A stretch of 64,000 nucleotides of DNA from the human T2T-CHM13v2.0 reference genome, Homo sapiens: the NCBI RefSeq assembly GCF_009914755.1, contig NC_060929.1; one strand, given 5' to 3'. The notes below the pieces were generated by a model. That model saw nothing but the letters and a program-made list of their open reading frames with translations, had not been told where the DNA came from and did not search any database. Made by a program: the position numbers and the translations under genes. Position 1 is the stretch's first letter, and every line of letters begins with the position of its first letter. Positions 12,269-25,980 of this stretch are shown here, piece by piece.

Positions 12269-14853
12269 TGGATGTCTAAATTTCTACCAAGCCTAAGGAA
12301 ATCTTCCTTAATTATTTACTCAAATAAGTTTTCCAAACTTTTAACTTTCTCTACATCTCCCTCAGAAATAGCTATGACTTGTGCATTTGGTTGTCTTACA
12401 TCATTCCATACTCCTCAAAGGCTTTGTTCATTTATGAAATTCTGTTTTCTTTATTATTGTCTGACTGGGCTAATTCAAAAGATCTGTCTTTGAAATTCTT
12501 TTTTCTGCTTGGTCTAGTCTATTATTAAAGCTTTCAACTATATTTTGTAATTCAATGAATTCTTCATTTCTAGATGTTCTTTGTGTGTGTGTTTTGTTTT
12601 AATGTCTACCTCTTCAGCAATTTTTTCATTGATGTCTTGAATTGTTTTTCTAATTTCTTTGTGTTGGTTTTCAATTTTCTTTTGTATCTCATTGAGCTTA
12701 TTTAAAATCAATATTTTGAATTATTTATCTGGTATTTCAAAGATTTCCTTTGGATTAGAATCCATTGCTAGAGAGTTAATGTGATTCACTGGGGTGTTTT
12801 AACACTCTGTTTTTTCATATTACCAGAATTTTTCCTCTGGTTCCTTTTCATCTAGATAAACTATCTCTTCTTCTCTCTTTCTTTTTTTTGAATTTACTTT
12901 CGTTTGGAAAGGAATTTTTTTCCTCCTTGAGGATGTGACTATGCTGTATGCTGTGTATGGTTATTTTACTTTGGTTCTGGATGCTTTCAGTGGCAAGGAT
13001 TCTATGTGTGTTCCATGGTTATAGATAGCTTTTGTGTGGTGGCTTTCTCAAATGCTGGTTGTAGCTACATACTGGGTGGGTTTGTGAGCAGGTTCACTGC
13101 CTCCTTGGGTATCAGGATAGAGGAAGTCTCAGGAATCTTAGCTCATTCCTCACTGTTGTGCGCTTGTGTCAGCAGGTTTTGTATTACACTGTGCAGTTCA
13201 ATCTCCAGGCCAGTAGGTGGCATTTACAGGTAACAGCTGACTATCTGCAGAAGCAGATGGGCATATACTTGATCTTTGTTTACTGAGAGAAGCTCTCTTT
13301 TGCTTCAGCCAATGGGCTGTTCTGTGGACCACCCACAAAGCTGGGTGGAGCTGGACTGTCAAGCTCAACTTTGACCTCAGATATCCCAACGGTAAACACG
13401 AGCACCAGACCTGACTGGGTGGTTGAGGGAGCTCCTGGTGAAATGTGCTGAGGCTTCTGCTGAGGTTTCTACCTCAGCTCCACGGCCTGGCCAGGTAGGA
13501 ATGCAATTCACCTTCCTGTCATGTTTCTGTCCTGGCACTCCAGACATTCGGGTCAGACAGACCTCACTATCTCCAAGCTGCAGTGAATCTGAGAGCCATG
13601 AAAGGTACCTGCTCTGTGATTCTCTACCAATGTGGTTATGGTGTGGAACTTCTTTTCTCAGCCCAAAACGTAAAACTTTGAGGCTCTCCTCTTCTCTGCT
13701 TCAGGAATGCTGCTGCTCTATGTAGAGAGTGGGAAGGGCCCTGCCATTTTGCAAGCCTGGGCCTGGTAAGCACACTGCCAATGGGGTACATCCACCCCTA
13801 ACAGTCCTAGAATGACCATCCACCAGCATGCCTATGTCAGTCTCCTATGCGTGCAGCCATGGCTGTTTCTGCAGTAGTTGTGGGGAGGGTAGAAAAAAGA
13901 GGTCTCCCTCTCCACAGCCATGCTCAAGCACTGGGGCCATATGGCCACTGGGGTGGAACATATTCCTTTCCCACAGAGCTGAGCATGGCATCTTTGTCTC
14001 TGCTGGAAGAGACACAGTCAACTTTACCGCATAAGTGGAAGCTCTCAAGCACAGGAAAGAATGTGCTCTGGTTTCCTTTGCCCCAGGGAAGAGGTACTTC
14101 CTTGGTGGGCTGCACTCTCTCTTCCCTTAGGAGCAGCACTCCCTGAGACCTGGGCCATGGGCATTCTGCAGCTTCTCTAGGTCCAGTCAGGCCTGTGTGG
14201 CTGTCACAATCCCAGCTGGTGCTGGGGAATGTCTGTGGGAGATCTGGCAATGTGGAGACACAAGGGCTGAGGTTACCTGGGCAGAAAACAGTCTCACAAT
14301 GGGTATGCAGCAAATATGGCACCTGCTACCACAGCTTGGGTCCAGGAACAGGGTGAGTGACTGTGTGCAAGTTGGTAGTCTGGTGTGATGTCCTCAAAAA
14401 GTTACCAAATCACCACCCATACTAGTGCTTGGGCTCATGAAAGCAGAGGAGACCTCTAAAGTTTGGAAACCAGCAGTCTGCTGCAAGGGTGAAGGGAGCC
14501 AAGAACATTTACCTTTTTGATGAAATACCAAGTCCCTCAGGAGGGTTTGATCTCAGCCAGCCTTTTGCTTCTGTCTTTTTCTGTATGGTAGCTTCTTCCT
14601 GTGAGTTCTCCAATAGTTCCGGCACCCTCTCTTTAATATTCTATGTGAGTTTTGATTATTTACCTCTACGTTCCATTCTTCTTTCTGAGGAGAACTTACA
14701 TGTGACCTCTCTAGTCAGCCATCTTGAAATTTATAAAACCTGAATTTTAGTTTTTTATATTATGGAAAGGTAATATGTTTATAGAAATGTTTTGATGTGT
14801 AGAATAATATCTATAGATGTAAGTAAAGGATATTTAAAAGGAGTTTTTTTCTA

Positions 14854-15900
14854 TGTGACTGTACCCAATTTGTCTGAGAAGGCAGCAGAGGGCAAGTACT
14901 TTCCCATCCAGCACATGCTGTGAGATCACCTGTGCAGGATGTTCAAGTGCAGTAGAGAAGGGCTGATTTTATGACATTTATCTCAATATGCACTTTGAGC
15001 ATAAGAAGGATTGATATTTAAACAGAGGATTTTCTGTGTACTGGGAGTCTGCCCTCACTCCCAACACCGGAAAAGTGCTGGGTGCTTCACTCTCACTTCA
15101 ATCTAGTGTAAAGTGCTGCAAGGTAACCAATCAGGAATCTTGATGTGTTCCTGGATTTGGAGGGACACAGTAGTTTACTGTCTGTGTACTATGGAAGATA
15201 ATCTTGAAATGAAATATTGGCTGAAGCCATGTATGAAGGTGGGGAAAGAGCTAAGGCTGCACTTTCACCATTTGGCATGAAGGGGGTACTTTCCCATGGG
15301 CCTGATGTGAAAGCTGGAGCCTCTGAAATGAATTCTGCAAAGGCAAGGGGGCCCTGGAAGTATGAGAATGTGGGGTTGGTTGCAGAGGCAGGAGCTGATG
15401 AGGAGTAGCAATTGGTCAGCTAAAGAAGATACATCAGGGACCTCTGAAGAATTCACAATCATATGCTCAAGAAAAAAGTCAGCTTTGGTCACACCACCAA
15501 GAGCATCAACACTGAGCAAATCAAGCAGGTCTTTTCCTGCTTTCTTTTCTTTTGTTTCTCTCCCCTTGCAATCCTGCGGATTTGGGTATAAGGTAGAGAG
15601 AAGCTGACAGAGAAACAAGATGTCTGCTTTCTTTGTTTTCCACTGTAAGTTTCCGAAGGAGGCCCAATCTGGAGTAGGGAGAAATAGTCAACTTAAAATG
15701 ACTTGTGGAATTTTAACTATTACAAGAACCTGTTTGAATTAGTGAAATGAGACAGTTCTTGCAAGTAGAAATGACTATAGAATTTTTAATTGTTCAACAA
15801 ACAGAGAAAATCTTTTGGGCTCCTTAACATTTCATCCAGGGGCAGGGAAAAAAACCTAGCCACACCCCATAGAGCAGGTATTATGGGCTGGCATTGAGAT
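14854..15900 (+). mobile_element. Ancient eutherian LTR (LTR78/MamGyp-like)
   Basis: Start 'tgtgactgtacccaatttgtctgagaaggcagcagagggc' and 'catccaggggcagggaaaaaaacctagcc' resemble the recalled consensus; family uncertain. Confidence 0.45.
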
Positions 15901-16999
15901 GGAAAGAATTACAATGCTCGATGACTTTATTTTTTAAAGACAGGTTTACCCATGATTATTGTGTAAATACAGTTGCAATCAAATGCTGTTTGCTTACATG
16001 TTCAAATGATTGTTTTCTGTGAATTATCAATGTTAAATTAAAAAAACCAGAAAGTGTTTAGTAAAACCATTTCAAAGTTTATTTATACTATTTTAAAAAA
16101 AATTCTGGCTGCATTTTGAAAAATTGGGGGCATTTCTTGAAGATGAGATTTTAAGAAGTTTTTCAAGAAAAAAAACACAGGAATAAGTGTAGAAACTTAA
16201 GGTGGGAGAAGGTAAATGCAATGCAAGTAGAGAAAATGAATAGGTGGCTTTAAGAAAGAATTGGAAACTGGAGGGATATAGGAGGAATTCGAGAGAAACA
16301 AGTGCATGTGTGTATGTCTGTTGCTCATAGTGGTGAGGGTATAAGCATCCTTCTCCCTAAATCTAATCTTTCTCTTAGACTAACAGGTGCCTTGAACTTT
16401 AGGAAAAGTAAAATTTGAAAATGTATCTTTGCATTATTTAGTGATCTTTCCTTCCCTTAACATGACTTTTTTCAGAGCTCATCTCTGTGGTTTGGCATGG
16501 CTACAGTTCACTGTCCTATTTTAAAAGACAATCCCAGGTTATTATGAGGAGGGTTAGCTGAGGAGACAGAGCAGGACTGTCTCTCAAATCTTCTTCTGGA
16601 AGGCATGAACCGAGCATGTACAAGCAATAAACCTATTTCCACAAGCTTGTCAGTGTATTAAGCCACATACAACATTGATATATTAGTGCTAAATCTCAAA
16701 TTAGCTACTGGATTTTTAGAACTAAGGGAGGAGAGCCAAACAAAGAAGTTTCTTGTGAATCTATAGCAGCTCCAGGCAGCTGATGAGCTACCAGCCGCTA
16801 GTCCTATGAACAGATATTCTGGGCTGTCTATTTATAGTGCCATCTTGTCACATGGGCTGGCATTGTTGTCTGGCGTTATTCTTTACTGTCAGGGAGCTTT
16901 ACTTTTGGAATAGCCAACTCCTTTCAGTAGACTAAATGGGTTTTTAAGCAGGCCAGCACTGAATCCTGGACTGTACAGCCAAAAAGGTGTAGAAGTTCT

Positions 17000-17115
17000 A
17001 ACTCCCTCATTTTTTACACAGGGAGAAATTGAGGTCCCTAGAGATTAGAACACTGCTTAGTTACAGAGTTAGAAATACACCCCATGCCTCTTGACTCCAA
17101 GTCTAGTGCCTTTAG
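17000..17115 (-). mobile_element. MIR fragment
   Basis: 'ctcattttttacacagggagaaattgaggtcc...cttgactccaagtctagtgc'. Confidence 0.65.
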
Positions 17116-17624
17116 CAAAAACTTAAACTAGGAATTTTGTTTTGTTTTGTTTAGATGAGGGTGAGTTTTGGATATGAGGGGGCCAAAGATTTTTAAAAAA
17201 TTCTTAAACCATATAATTAAACAAATTAACATTTTGTAGTGTCTGAGGCTCCTCTATTATTTGCATAAGCAAAGGAAGAAAAAGAGATGCGTATTCTTTC
17301 AACACTTGCCACTGATAATGGTAAATATATGTTAACAATGGCATGATCTGAATAACTTCAAGAAAGACTCAACCCTGCTTATTTAGGTGCAGGCTTAACA
17401 CATGTAGGTGTACTCAGTTGACCAATGGTATCTGTGACCCTGGATAAGGCACTAAGCAGTCCTGAAAATGTTTCCTCTGCTGTTAAAAAAATTGACCCAG
17501 ACTTGTTTACATGTAAAATTTTAAAAATTGTAAAATATTTATGAGGATAAAGTATTAAAATTATTTTTTGTAATTGCTACATTGTAATTATAGAAGTGCA
17601 TCCTCTTCCGTATACACCTGTTAC

Positions 17625-17732
17625 CAGGGCAACTGCATGGATAGTCTATGGAGTTGTACTCCAGGGGTGCAATTAACATAGACTATGGTGCAGGCGGTAG
17701 CCTCACTGGCTTTGAACTATGCAAGGGCCCTG
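17625..17732. mobile_element. MER91-like hAT-Tip100 MITE
   Basis: CAGGGC...GCCCTG termini; 'actccaggggtgcaattaacatagactatggtg' core. Confidence 0.6.
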
Positions 17733-17767
17733 CTACCATATGTGATTATATCTTTTTGTTAAAAATA

Positions 17768-18110
17768 ATTTTTTATTTTTTATTTTTGTGTGTATACAGT
17801 AGGTGTATGTATTTACGGGGTACATGAGATGTTTTGATACAGGTATGCAATGCATAATAATCACATCATGGAAATGGGGTGTCCATTCCCTCAAGCATTC
17901 ATCCTTTGTGTTATAAACAATCCAATTATACTCTTTTCATTTTTTTAAATGTACAGTTAAATTATTATTGACTATAGTTGCCCTGTTGTGCTGTCAAATA
18001 CTAGGCCTTATTTATTCATTCTATTTTTATGTACCCACTAACCATCCCCTCCTCCCCGACACCTCCCAATACCCTTCCCAGCCTCTGGTAACCATTCTTC
18101 TACCTTCCGT
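17768..18110 (-). mobile_element. L1MA (L1MA2/3-like) 3' end fragment
   Basis: 'ggggtacatgagatgttttgatacaggtatgcaatgcataataatcacatcatgg' L1MA 3' UTR after a T-rich tail. Confidence 0.85.
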
Positions 18111-18271
18111 CTTGCTGGGCTCTCAGTATGTACATTGTGCAGTGCAGGATTGCTCTTCAAAACATGGCCTTGGATAGCCTTTTCCTGGTAGAATGCCTCT
18201 TGGACTTTATAACTTCAAACAACATGCTTAGGTCTTAAATCAATATTTTTGACAACGTTTATAAGAAATTA

Positions 18272-20650
18272 TAAGCACACTTCATTTCATTGCATTCACT
18301 TTATTGCACTTTTCAGATAGCATTTTTTTTTACAAATTGAAGGTTTGTGGCAACCCTGCGTCAAGCAAGTCTATCGGCACCATATTTCCAACAGCACGTG
18401 CTCACTTCATGTCTCTGTGTCACGTTTTGGTAATTCTTACAATATTTTATACTTTTTCATTATTATATATATTATGGTGATTGTGATCAGTGATCTTTGA
18501 TGTTAATAACATAATTATTTTGGGATGCCACGAACTGCACCCATGTAAGTTGGTGAACTTAATTGATAAATATGCATGTTGTGACTTGTCCACTGACCAG
18601 TCATTCCCATATTTCTCTTCTTCTCCTTGGACATCCCTATTTCCCAAGTCACGACAATATTGAAATAGACCAATTAATGACCCTACAATGGCCGCTCAGT
18701 GTCCAAGTGAAAAGAAGAGTGGCAGTGCTCTCATTTTAAAGCAAAAGCTAGAAATGATGAAGTGTAGTAAGGAAGGCATTTTAAAAGCTGAAATGGACAG
18801 AAAGCTAGGCTTCTTGTACCAAACAGCCAAGCTGTGAATGCAAAGAAAAATTTATTGAAGGAAATTAAAAGTGCTACTCCAGTGCACACAAAAAGAAAGA
18901 AAGCAAAACAGCTTTATTGTTGATATGGGGAAAATTTTAGTGGTCTGGATAGAAAATCAAGTCAGCCTCAACATTCCCTTAAGCCAAAGCCTAATTCAGA
19001 GCAAGGCCCTAATTCACTAATTCTCTAAAGGCTGAGAGAGATGAGGAAGCTGAAGAAGAAAGGTTTGAAGCTAGCAGAAGTTGGTTCATGAGGTTCAAGG
19101 AAAGGAGCCATCTTTGTAATCTAATTGCAAGGTGAAACAGCAAGTGCTGTTGGAGAAGCTGCAGCAAGTTATTCAGAAGATCTGGCTAGTTAATTGATGA
19201 AGGTGTGTACATTAAACAACAGATTTTCAATGTAGATGAAACAGCCTCCTGTTGGAAGAAGTTGCCATCTAGGACTTTCATAGAGAGAAGTCAATACCTG
19301 GCCTCAAAGCTTCAAAAGACCAGCAGACATTCCTGGGGCCTAATGCAGTTAGTGACTTTAAGGTGAAGCCAATGCTCATTTACAACTCAGAAAAACCTAA
19401 GGTCCTTAAGAATCATGTGAACTATACTCTGTCTGTGCTCTAGAAATGGAACAACAAAGCCCAGATGATAGCATAGCTATTTACAGAGTGGTTTCCTGAA
19501 TATTTTAAACCTATTGTTGAGGCCTACTGCTTAGAAAAAAAGATTTTTTTCAAAATATTGCTGCTTATTGACTATTCGTCTAGTCCCCCAAGAGTTCTGA
19601 TGGAGATGTACAAAGAGATAAATTTTTTTTCATGCCTGCTAACACAACATCCACTCCGTAGCCCATGGATCAAGAAGTCATTTTGACTTTCAAGTCTTAT
19701 TATTTAGGAAATATATTTCACAAGGCTATGCCTGCCATACATGTGATTCCTCTGATCAATCTGGGCAGAGCACATTACAAACCTTCTGAATAGGGTTCAC
19801 CAGTCTAAATGCCATTAATGACATTCATGATTCATGAGAGGAGGTCAAAATATCAACATTACCAGGAGTTTGAAATACATTGATTCCAACTCTCACAGAT
19901 GACTTTGAGAGGTTCAATACTTCAGTGGAGGGAGTAACTGCATATGTGGTGGAAATAGCAAGAGACCTAGAATTAGAAGTGGAGCCTGAAGATGTGACTG
20001 AATTCCCATAATCTCATGATAAAACTTGAACCAGTGAGAAGTTGCTTCTAACGGATGAAGCAAAGAAAGGGGTTTCTTGAGATGGAATCTACTTCTGGTG
20101 AAGATGTTGTGAACATTACTGAGATGACAACAAAGGATTTAGAATATTGCATAAATTTAGTTGTAAAGCAGCAGCAGGGTTTGAGAGGATTAACTCCAAT
20201 TTTGAAAGAAGTTCTACTGTGAGTAAAATGCTGTCACACAGCATCACATGCTACAGAGACATCTTTCATGGACAAGTCAATCAATGTGGCAAACTTCATT
20301 GTTGTCTGATTTTAAGAGATTGCCACAGTCACCCTAGACTTCAGCAACCAGCATACTGATCAGTCAGCAACCATCAAAATCGAAGCAAGACTCTCCAGCA
20401 GCAAAAAGATTATAACTTGCTGAAGGCTCTGATGTTCGTTAGCATTTTTAGCAATAAGGTATTTTTTAATTAAGGTATATACTTTTTAAAGACACAATGC
20501 TATTGTACATTCAATAGACTACAGTACAGTGTAAAGATAACTTTTATATGCACAGATAAACCAACAAATGCTTGTGACCCACTTTACTGTGATATGCATT
20601 TTATTGTGGTGGTCTGGCACTGAACCCACAATATCTCCCAGGTATGCCTG
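18272..20650 (+). mobile_element. Tigger1 DNA transposon, near full length, transposase disrupted
   Basis: Ends 'taagcacacttca...' and '...aggtatgcctg', flanks TA and TG; ATG at 18688 reads MAAQCPSEKKS...LKQKLEMMKCSKEG (pogo-type HTH); FNVDET motif near 19226; many stops and frameshifts. Confidence 0.95.
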
Positions 20651-21209
20651 TGCATTTATATTCTTAAAATAAAAAAAAAATCCTACTTTTTCCAAAATGG
20701 TAAAAATTATTGTGGAAACTTCTTGATTTATATTTCAAATTCAACTATTGGAAATCAAAATCACATAAAGACAAAGTCTGAAAATGCACCAAATGTCAGC
20801 AAGGGGAGCTTGAAGGTTTTAAGAGATACATTTGTATGTTCACGGTCCTAAAAGAGTTATCTCAGTGTCATATTTAGTGCCATGTGCTATTGTGTGCTTG
20901 GCTGGTCCTGAGCACATTTCCACACTGATTGACATTGCAAATGGAACAAATTCTGCTCTTAATTCCTCTGCATGCAGTTTTTCAAGAGCTCCATGACAAC
21001 CTTTTAACCCATCTTTTGAAAACCAGCCTGCTTTGCAAGAGCAACAACTTTCACTCTGGCTTGAACTCCCTCTTCAGTCTTTGACATAGGCCACAAATTA
21101 CAGGGTTAGTTTCTTACATGTACCCTTCATTTTGGTGTGAAAACTTTTTCCTGTTATTTCTTGCTGAACTCTAGAATTATCCCTCAGTTTAAAGTATTTG
21201 ATTCTATTG

Positions 21210-21610
21210 GCTGTAGAAACATGCCAAGCTAAACAGCTAAATTCTTAAGCCTCCCTTGCCGGTTTTGGGTAACCGTATGAGAGAATTCCAGCCAATGAGC
21301 TATAAATGGAAGTTGTTGGGGAGTCTCTTCAAAGGGGAAGTATGTGCCTATTTGCCCTACCTATTCTTTCTTCCTTTTGTCTGAAACATGTGTAGGATGG
21401 GTGGAGCTTCAGTAGCTATCTTGAGAACACAAGTGTCATGCCCAAAGGATGGTGAAATAGAAAACTAGAAAGAACCTGGATCTCCAATGACATCGAGGAG
21501 TACCACAACAGACCTAGCTTAGCTCCCTTTGGACTTCTTTTATACTGGAGAAAAATTAACCCTGAATATATTCAACATAGTATTTTGGGGGGTTTGGAAC
21601 ACAATTTCTA
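21210..21610 (+). mobile_element. MLT1J/K-like old MaLR LTR, 3' end interrupted by L1PA
   Basis: 'gcctcccttgc...ccagccaatgagctataaatggaagt', 'agctatcttgag', 'agaacctggatctcc'. Confidence 0.6.
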
Positions 21611-22257
21611 TTTTTAAAAAATCTTTTAAGTTCAGGGGACATGTGCAGGATATGCTGGTTTGTTACCTAGGTAAACTTGTGTCATGGGGGCTTGTTGTGC
21701 AGATTATTTCACCACCCAGGTATGAAGCCTAGTACCTATTAGTTATTTCTCCTGATCCTCTCCCTCCTCCCAGCTTCCACCCTCTGCTAGGTCCCAGTGT
21801 ATGTTGTTCCCTTCTATGTGGCCGTGTGTTCTCATCATTTAGCTCCCATTTACAAATGACAACGTGTGGTATTTGGTTTTCTGTTTCTGTGTTAGCTTCC
21901 TAAGGATACAGGCCTACAGCTCCATCCATGTCCCTGTGAAGGACAAGATCTCATGCTTTTTTATGGCTGCATAATATTCCATGAGGTACCATATATTCTT
22001 TATCCAGCCTATCACTGGTGGGCATTTAGGTTGATTCCATGTCCTTGCTATTGTGAATAGTGCTGCAATGAACTTTGTAATATAACAATTACATGCATGT
22101 ATCTTTATAATAGAACAATTTATATCCCTTTAGGTCTATACCCAGTAATGGGATTGCTGGATCAAATGATATTTCTGTCTTTAGGTCTTTGAGGAATCTC
22201 CACACTGTCTTCAACATTGTTGAACTAATTTACACTCCCACTAACAGTGTATAAGCA
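21611..22257 (-). mobile_element. 5'-truncated L1PA13-like element
   Basis: L1PA 3' UTR; exact 16-bp TSD TGGAACACAATTTCTA at 21595-21610 and 22258-22273. Confidence 0.92.
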
Positions 22258-22904
22258 TGGAACACAATTTCTAAGTGATAAATAGATCTTGCCTATCTTT
22301 ATCCAACATTCCCTGAGATCATTCCCCAACCCTAATTTGGAATGATCTTACCTACTGCAGCCAAGCCAGACTCTCCATTTCTTTCAGGGCATTTCTCAGA
22401 CTCACATTCTATAAGAAATCTTCTTTTACTCATCTCCTTCTTCTCTCAACAGTCTTTTAATTAAAAATGATTTAAAATTTTGGTGTTTGAGTCAATCTCT
22501 CCTACATGTAATATTCTTTTTTTATATGGTCCCCTTTCTGTGTTTCCTGTCCTTCAACATGGAAAGTCACTGGAACTAGACATCTATTGTAGTTCCTTCT
22601 GCAATCTCCCATTATGCTGCAGCAATAGGGCCTAGCAAAGTGGTGAGCTCCTCTAAAACTCCATGGTTATTAATTGAATGAACTTTGTCAAATCTAGAGA
22701 AACACGGGATGTGAGGGTCTATAATTGAGCAGTTTTTCCTCTTCCTTATTCATATTAATCAGGCTTGGATCGTGGAGCCACCACCTCATCCTACAACTGG
22801 TTTCAACATCCACATTTCTTACAGAAGGAGAAGTGAGGTCTCCTGACCTTTCTGGAGTATTCACTTCAGTCTGTCTCTGGGCTTCTCTCAGAGGTTTTAG
22901 GTCA

Positions 22905-22998
22905 CTATTTTTCCTTTTCTCTTCCTTCCTCCCTCCTTCCTTTCCTCTTGTTCTCCTCCTCCCCTCCTTTTTTCTCTCTTTTTCCTCATTCTCATTTG
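22905..22998. repeat. CT-rich low-complexity tract
   Basis: Almost pure pyrimidine run. Confidence 0.8.
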
Positions 22999-23819
22999 TA
23001 AAAAAAATTTTTTACAAAAATTTTTTAAAAACAACATTTGAAAACAAGGTTCCAAAATCTATGAGAAGTTAGTTAAAAACCTGACCCTTTCCTACCTTTT
23101 TTCTGCCTGGTAACAAACCCCTTTGCCTGAACTTATTCACCGTCTTGTTCTTGTCATTCAAGTGGTTCCTCAGATTCTTCTTTTCCAGGAAGTCTTCTTC
23201 AACAGACTGGCAGTGTGAGGCACAGCCTATTCAACAATTGTCTATTCAGTGTATGTGTTGAAATCTACTATGTGCTTATTGCTCTGAGATGCTTCTAGTG
23301 AGTGGGAGCCAAATGTAAAATCAAGTGTGATTTTTGACTTGAAAAAATCTATAATCTGGTGAATTTTGGAATTCACACTCACAGAATTCAGTAAGGGTAT
23401 TCACCCTGTCATACAGAGGTTTAATATTAAGTTCATCCTCTCTGTGGCTCCCCACATTATCTCTGCCTCCTATCCCATGTCAAAGTGGCAATCAGTGAAC
23501 TCATGAAGTGCCTACTCAATTCCTTCCTTACTAGTCAGCTCACCTTCCACAGTTACTCTTCAATTGCTCATAATGTAACTTCTACACTACTCAATTCAAG
23601 CATTTGTAATTCAATTATTTTTTCAAATATTAATACATCAATCAAAGAGCAGGGAATTAGCACTTACTGTTACATAGCTAACATTGGTTTAGATATTTGG
23701 GGAATGCAATAAAGGCTGACTATAGGATATTCTCCTGCTTCCTTTCTTCTTCACTTCTAAGAAGCCTTTGCTGATTCTACCCTATTCCTGGGAGAGTTAT
23801 TCATTCTGTGTTTCCATAG

Positions 23820-24545
23820 CAGTGATAATGATGATTAATATGGAGATTTAGTAAGTGCCAGACACTGTGATAAGTACTTTTCTTAAGTTTTTTTAATTGA
23901 ATCCTCCCAACAAACCTAAAAGTATTACTATTATTATTCTAATTATTATAGATAAGGAAACTGAGTTTCAATTAACCAAACTAACCAAGGCTCTGCAACT
24001 AGTAAATGTGAGAGGAGAATTCCAACATGGGTAGTCTAGTATGATCATCTCTAATTTAAAGGGACAGAAACTGTCTCAGTCATCTCAGGCTGCCTTAACA
24101 AAAAAAAACAGATTATGTGGTTTAAACGACAGAAATTTATCTTCTCACAGTTCTGGGGGCTGGAAATTTCAAGGTCTGATAGAGGGTTGTTTCTGGTGAA
24201 GACTCTTTTCCTGGCTTGCAGACAGCTACCTTCTCACTGTATCTTTATATGTAGGAGGGGGAGCAAGCTCTCTAGTCTCTCTTTTTATAAGGGCACTGAT
24301 CACATCATGGGGCCCTACCATCATGATCTCATTAAATCCCAATTTCCTCTCAATGATCTCATCTCCAAATACCACCATGTTGGGGGTTAGAGCTTCAATA
24401 TATGAATTTTGGGAGGATACAAACATTCAGCCTATAATAGAAATAAGCCTTAGGAAGATTAGATAAAATAGCCAAAGTCAGAGTTACTAGGTGGCAGAAC
24501 AAGGACTGAATCCCAGATTTCTGGAGAGCAATGTTCTTCTATGTT
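23820..24545 (-). mobile_element. MIR fragments, the second split by MLT1A
   Basis: 'gtgccagacactgtgataagtacttt...tatagataaggaaactgag'; resumes after 24440 'aaagtcagagttactaggtggcagaacaaggactgaatcccag'. Confidence 0.75.
24072..24439 (-). mobile_element. MLT1A/A0 solo LTR
   Basis: 'cagaaatttatcttctcacagttctgggggctgg', 'gggaggatacaaacattcag'; near-TSD GAAAC/GAAAT. Confidence 0.85.
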
Positions 24546-24907
24546 ACTCTGAGTCAGGAAGGCAAAGGGGTCAGAAAGAGCAAGGAGGATCCTTGGTACT
24601 TCCAAATGTTCTCAACTCTTAAACAGCATTGCAGGTCAGGGCATCTTAACTTCAATAATTATCAAGGTATAGAGATCTCTTTCTGTTTTGCTACATTATA
24701 TTGGTAATATTTTTACTCACAGAGAGAGAAATAGATCTTTTTCCACCTTATTCAGAGACAATGAGTAATTAACCCACCATAAATGAAAGCCAGGTCTTCA
24801 GAAAAGAGCTGTCTCTTGTAATTTTTGAGATTGTATCTTAAATAGGGATTTTATATAATAATCATGTTTTGGTGAGGCTTGTAGATTCTTGCCAATATTT
24901 TCAATAT

Positions 24908-25370
24908 TGTATCAGTCAAGATTTCAACAGGAAACAGATGGCACATTAAGACTGGGTAATTTGAACCGAGTTTGATAAAAAGACTATTTACAAGGGTATG
25001 GACATGGCTTAAGAAAAGCAACAAGGGATGGCATGTAACCCTGTGTTAATATGGACTCTTAACACTGGGAGGCCTGAAGGGACAAATAGAAGGAGAGGTT
25101 AGAACCCGGAGGGGGAGCTGTATGAAGGGCTGTGCGACTGGTGCCAGGGCCCTCACTGGGGCAATGTGGCCACCCATGGCCCAGCATGGTGAGTCTGAGG
25201 AATAATCAGCACCCTCACTCTCTTCCCACCTCTGATCACTTGACACTGCTCCTCCAGAGCCAATGGCAAGAGGTTATATTGATGTTATCCAAATGTGACA
25301 GTCTCCTGGGCAGACACCAGGGTTGAGAAGTGTGGAGGACAAACTAGAATGATAAAGACAGGATATCTAG
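24908..25370 (-). mobile_element. LTR33-like ERVL solo LTR
   Basis: 'tgtatcagtcaagatttcaacaggaaacagatggcacattaagactgggtaatttg' matches the recalled LTR33 end. Confidence 0.7.
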
Positions 25371-25799
25371 AAAAAAATACCATTTTCAATGAAATCGTAG
25401 CTGGGGAAGTTCTCTTGACTGTCATTTAAGTAGTTTTGCCTCTTTCTATTAAACCTTGTAGGTGGTAGACAGTCTACTGATTGGCATGGTTTCTTTTAGT
25501 ATATATAATGAAGAGAAAAAGACATAGCATGAATTTAGATATCTTACTGAAAATGAATTGAGAAATATCTTATTTAATCATATTGTACTCAACAACTGGG
25601 GTCAGAGTTGTTATAAATCAACAGTATAGATTTGAAAACCAAATTTTTGATTGATTGGACTACGGTGATACTTAATATCAAGTTATTGATAAGAAATTCA
25701 AAGTGGTTTTTGAGAGAATATTTTGTAGAAATCATTCTGACAGCTGATTGAGGAGACTTCGTCTAGTAAATTGTAGCCTCTATTTCTGCACTCCCAGGA

Positions 25800-25980
25800 G
25801 GCAATAGTCCCTAGAGACAGGGAATAAAAGGTCAAGGTCTAGCTGTACCACTCACTAGGGCACAGCCAGGCATCATCTCAGCTAGGTCTCAGATGAAGAG
25901 AATCATATCTCCCTCCGCTGGTTGCCGAGAGACATTTTGCTTAGTGGCTGGCACAGAGTAAGTATTCCATAAATGTTAGA
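25800..25980 (+). mobile_element. MIR fragment
   Basis: 'tctagctgtaccactcactag', 'ctggcacagagtaagtattccataaatgttag'. Confidence 0.55.
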
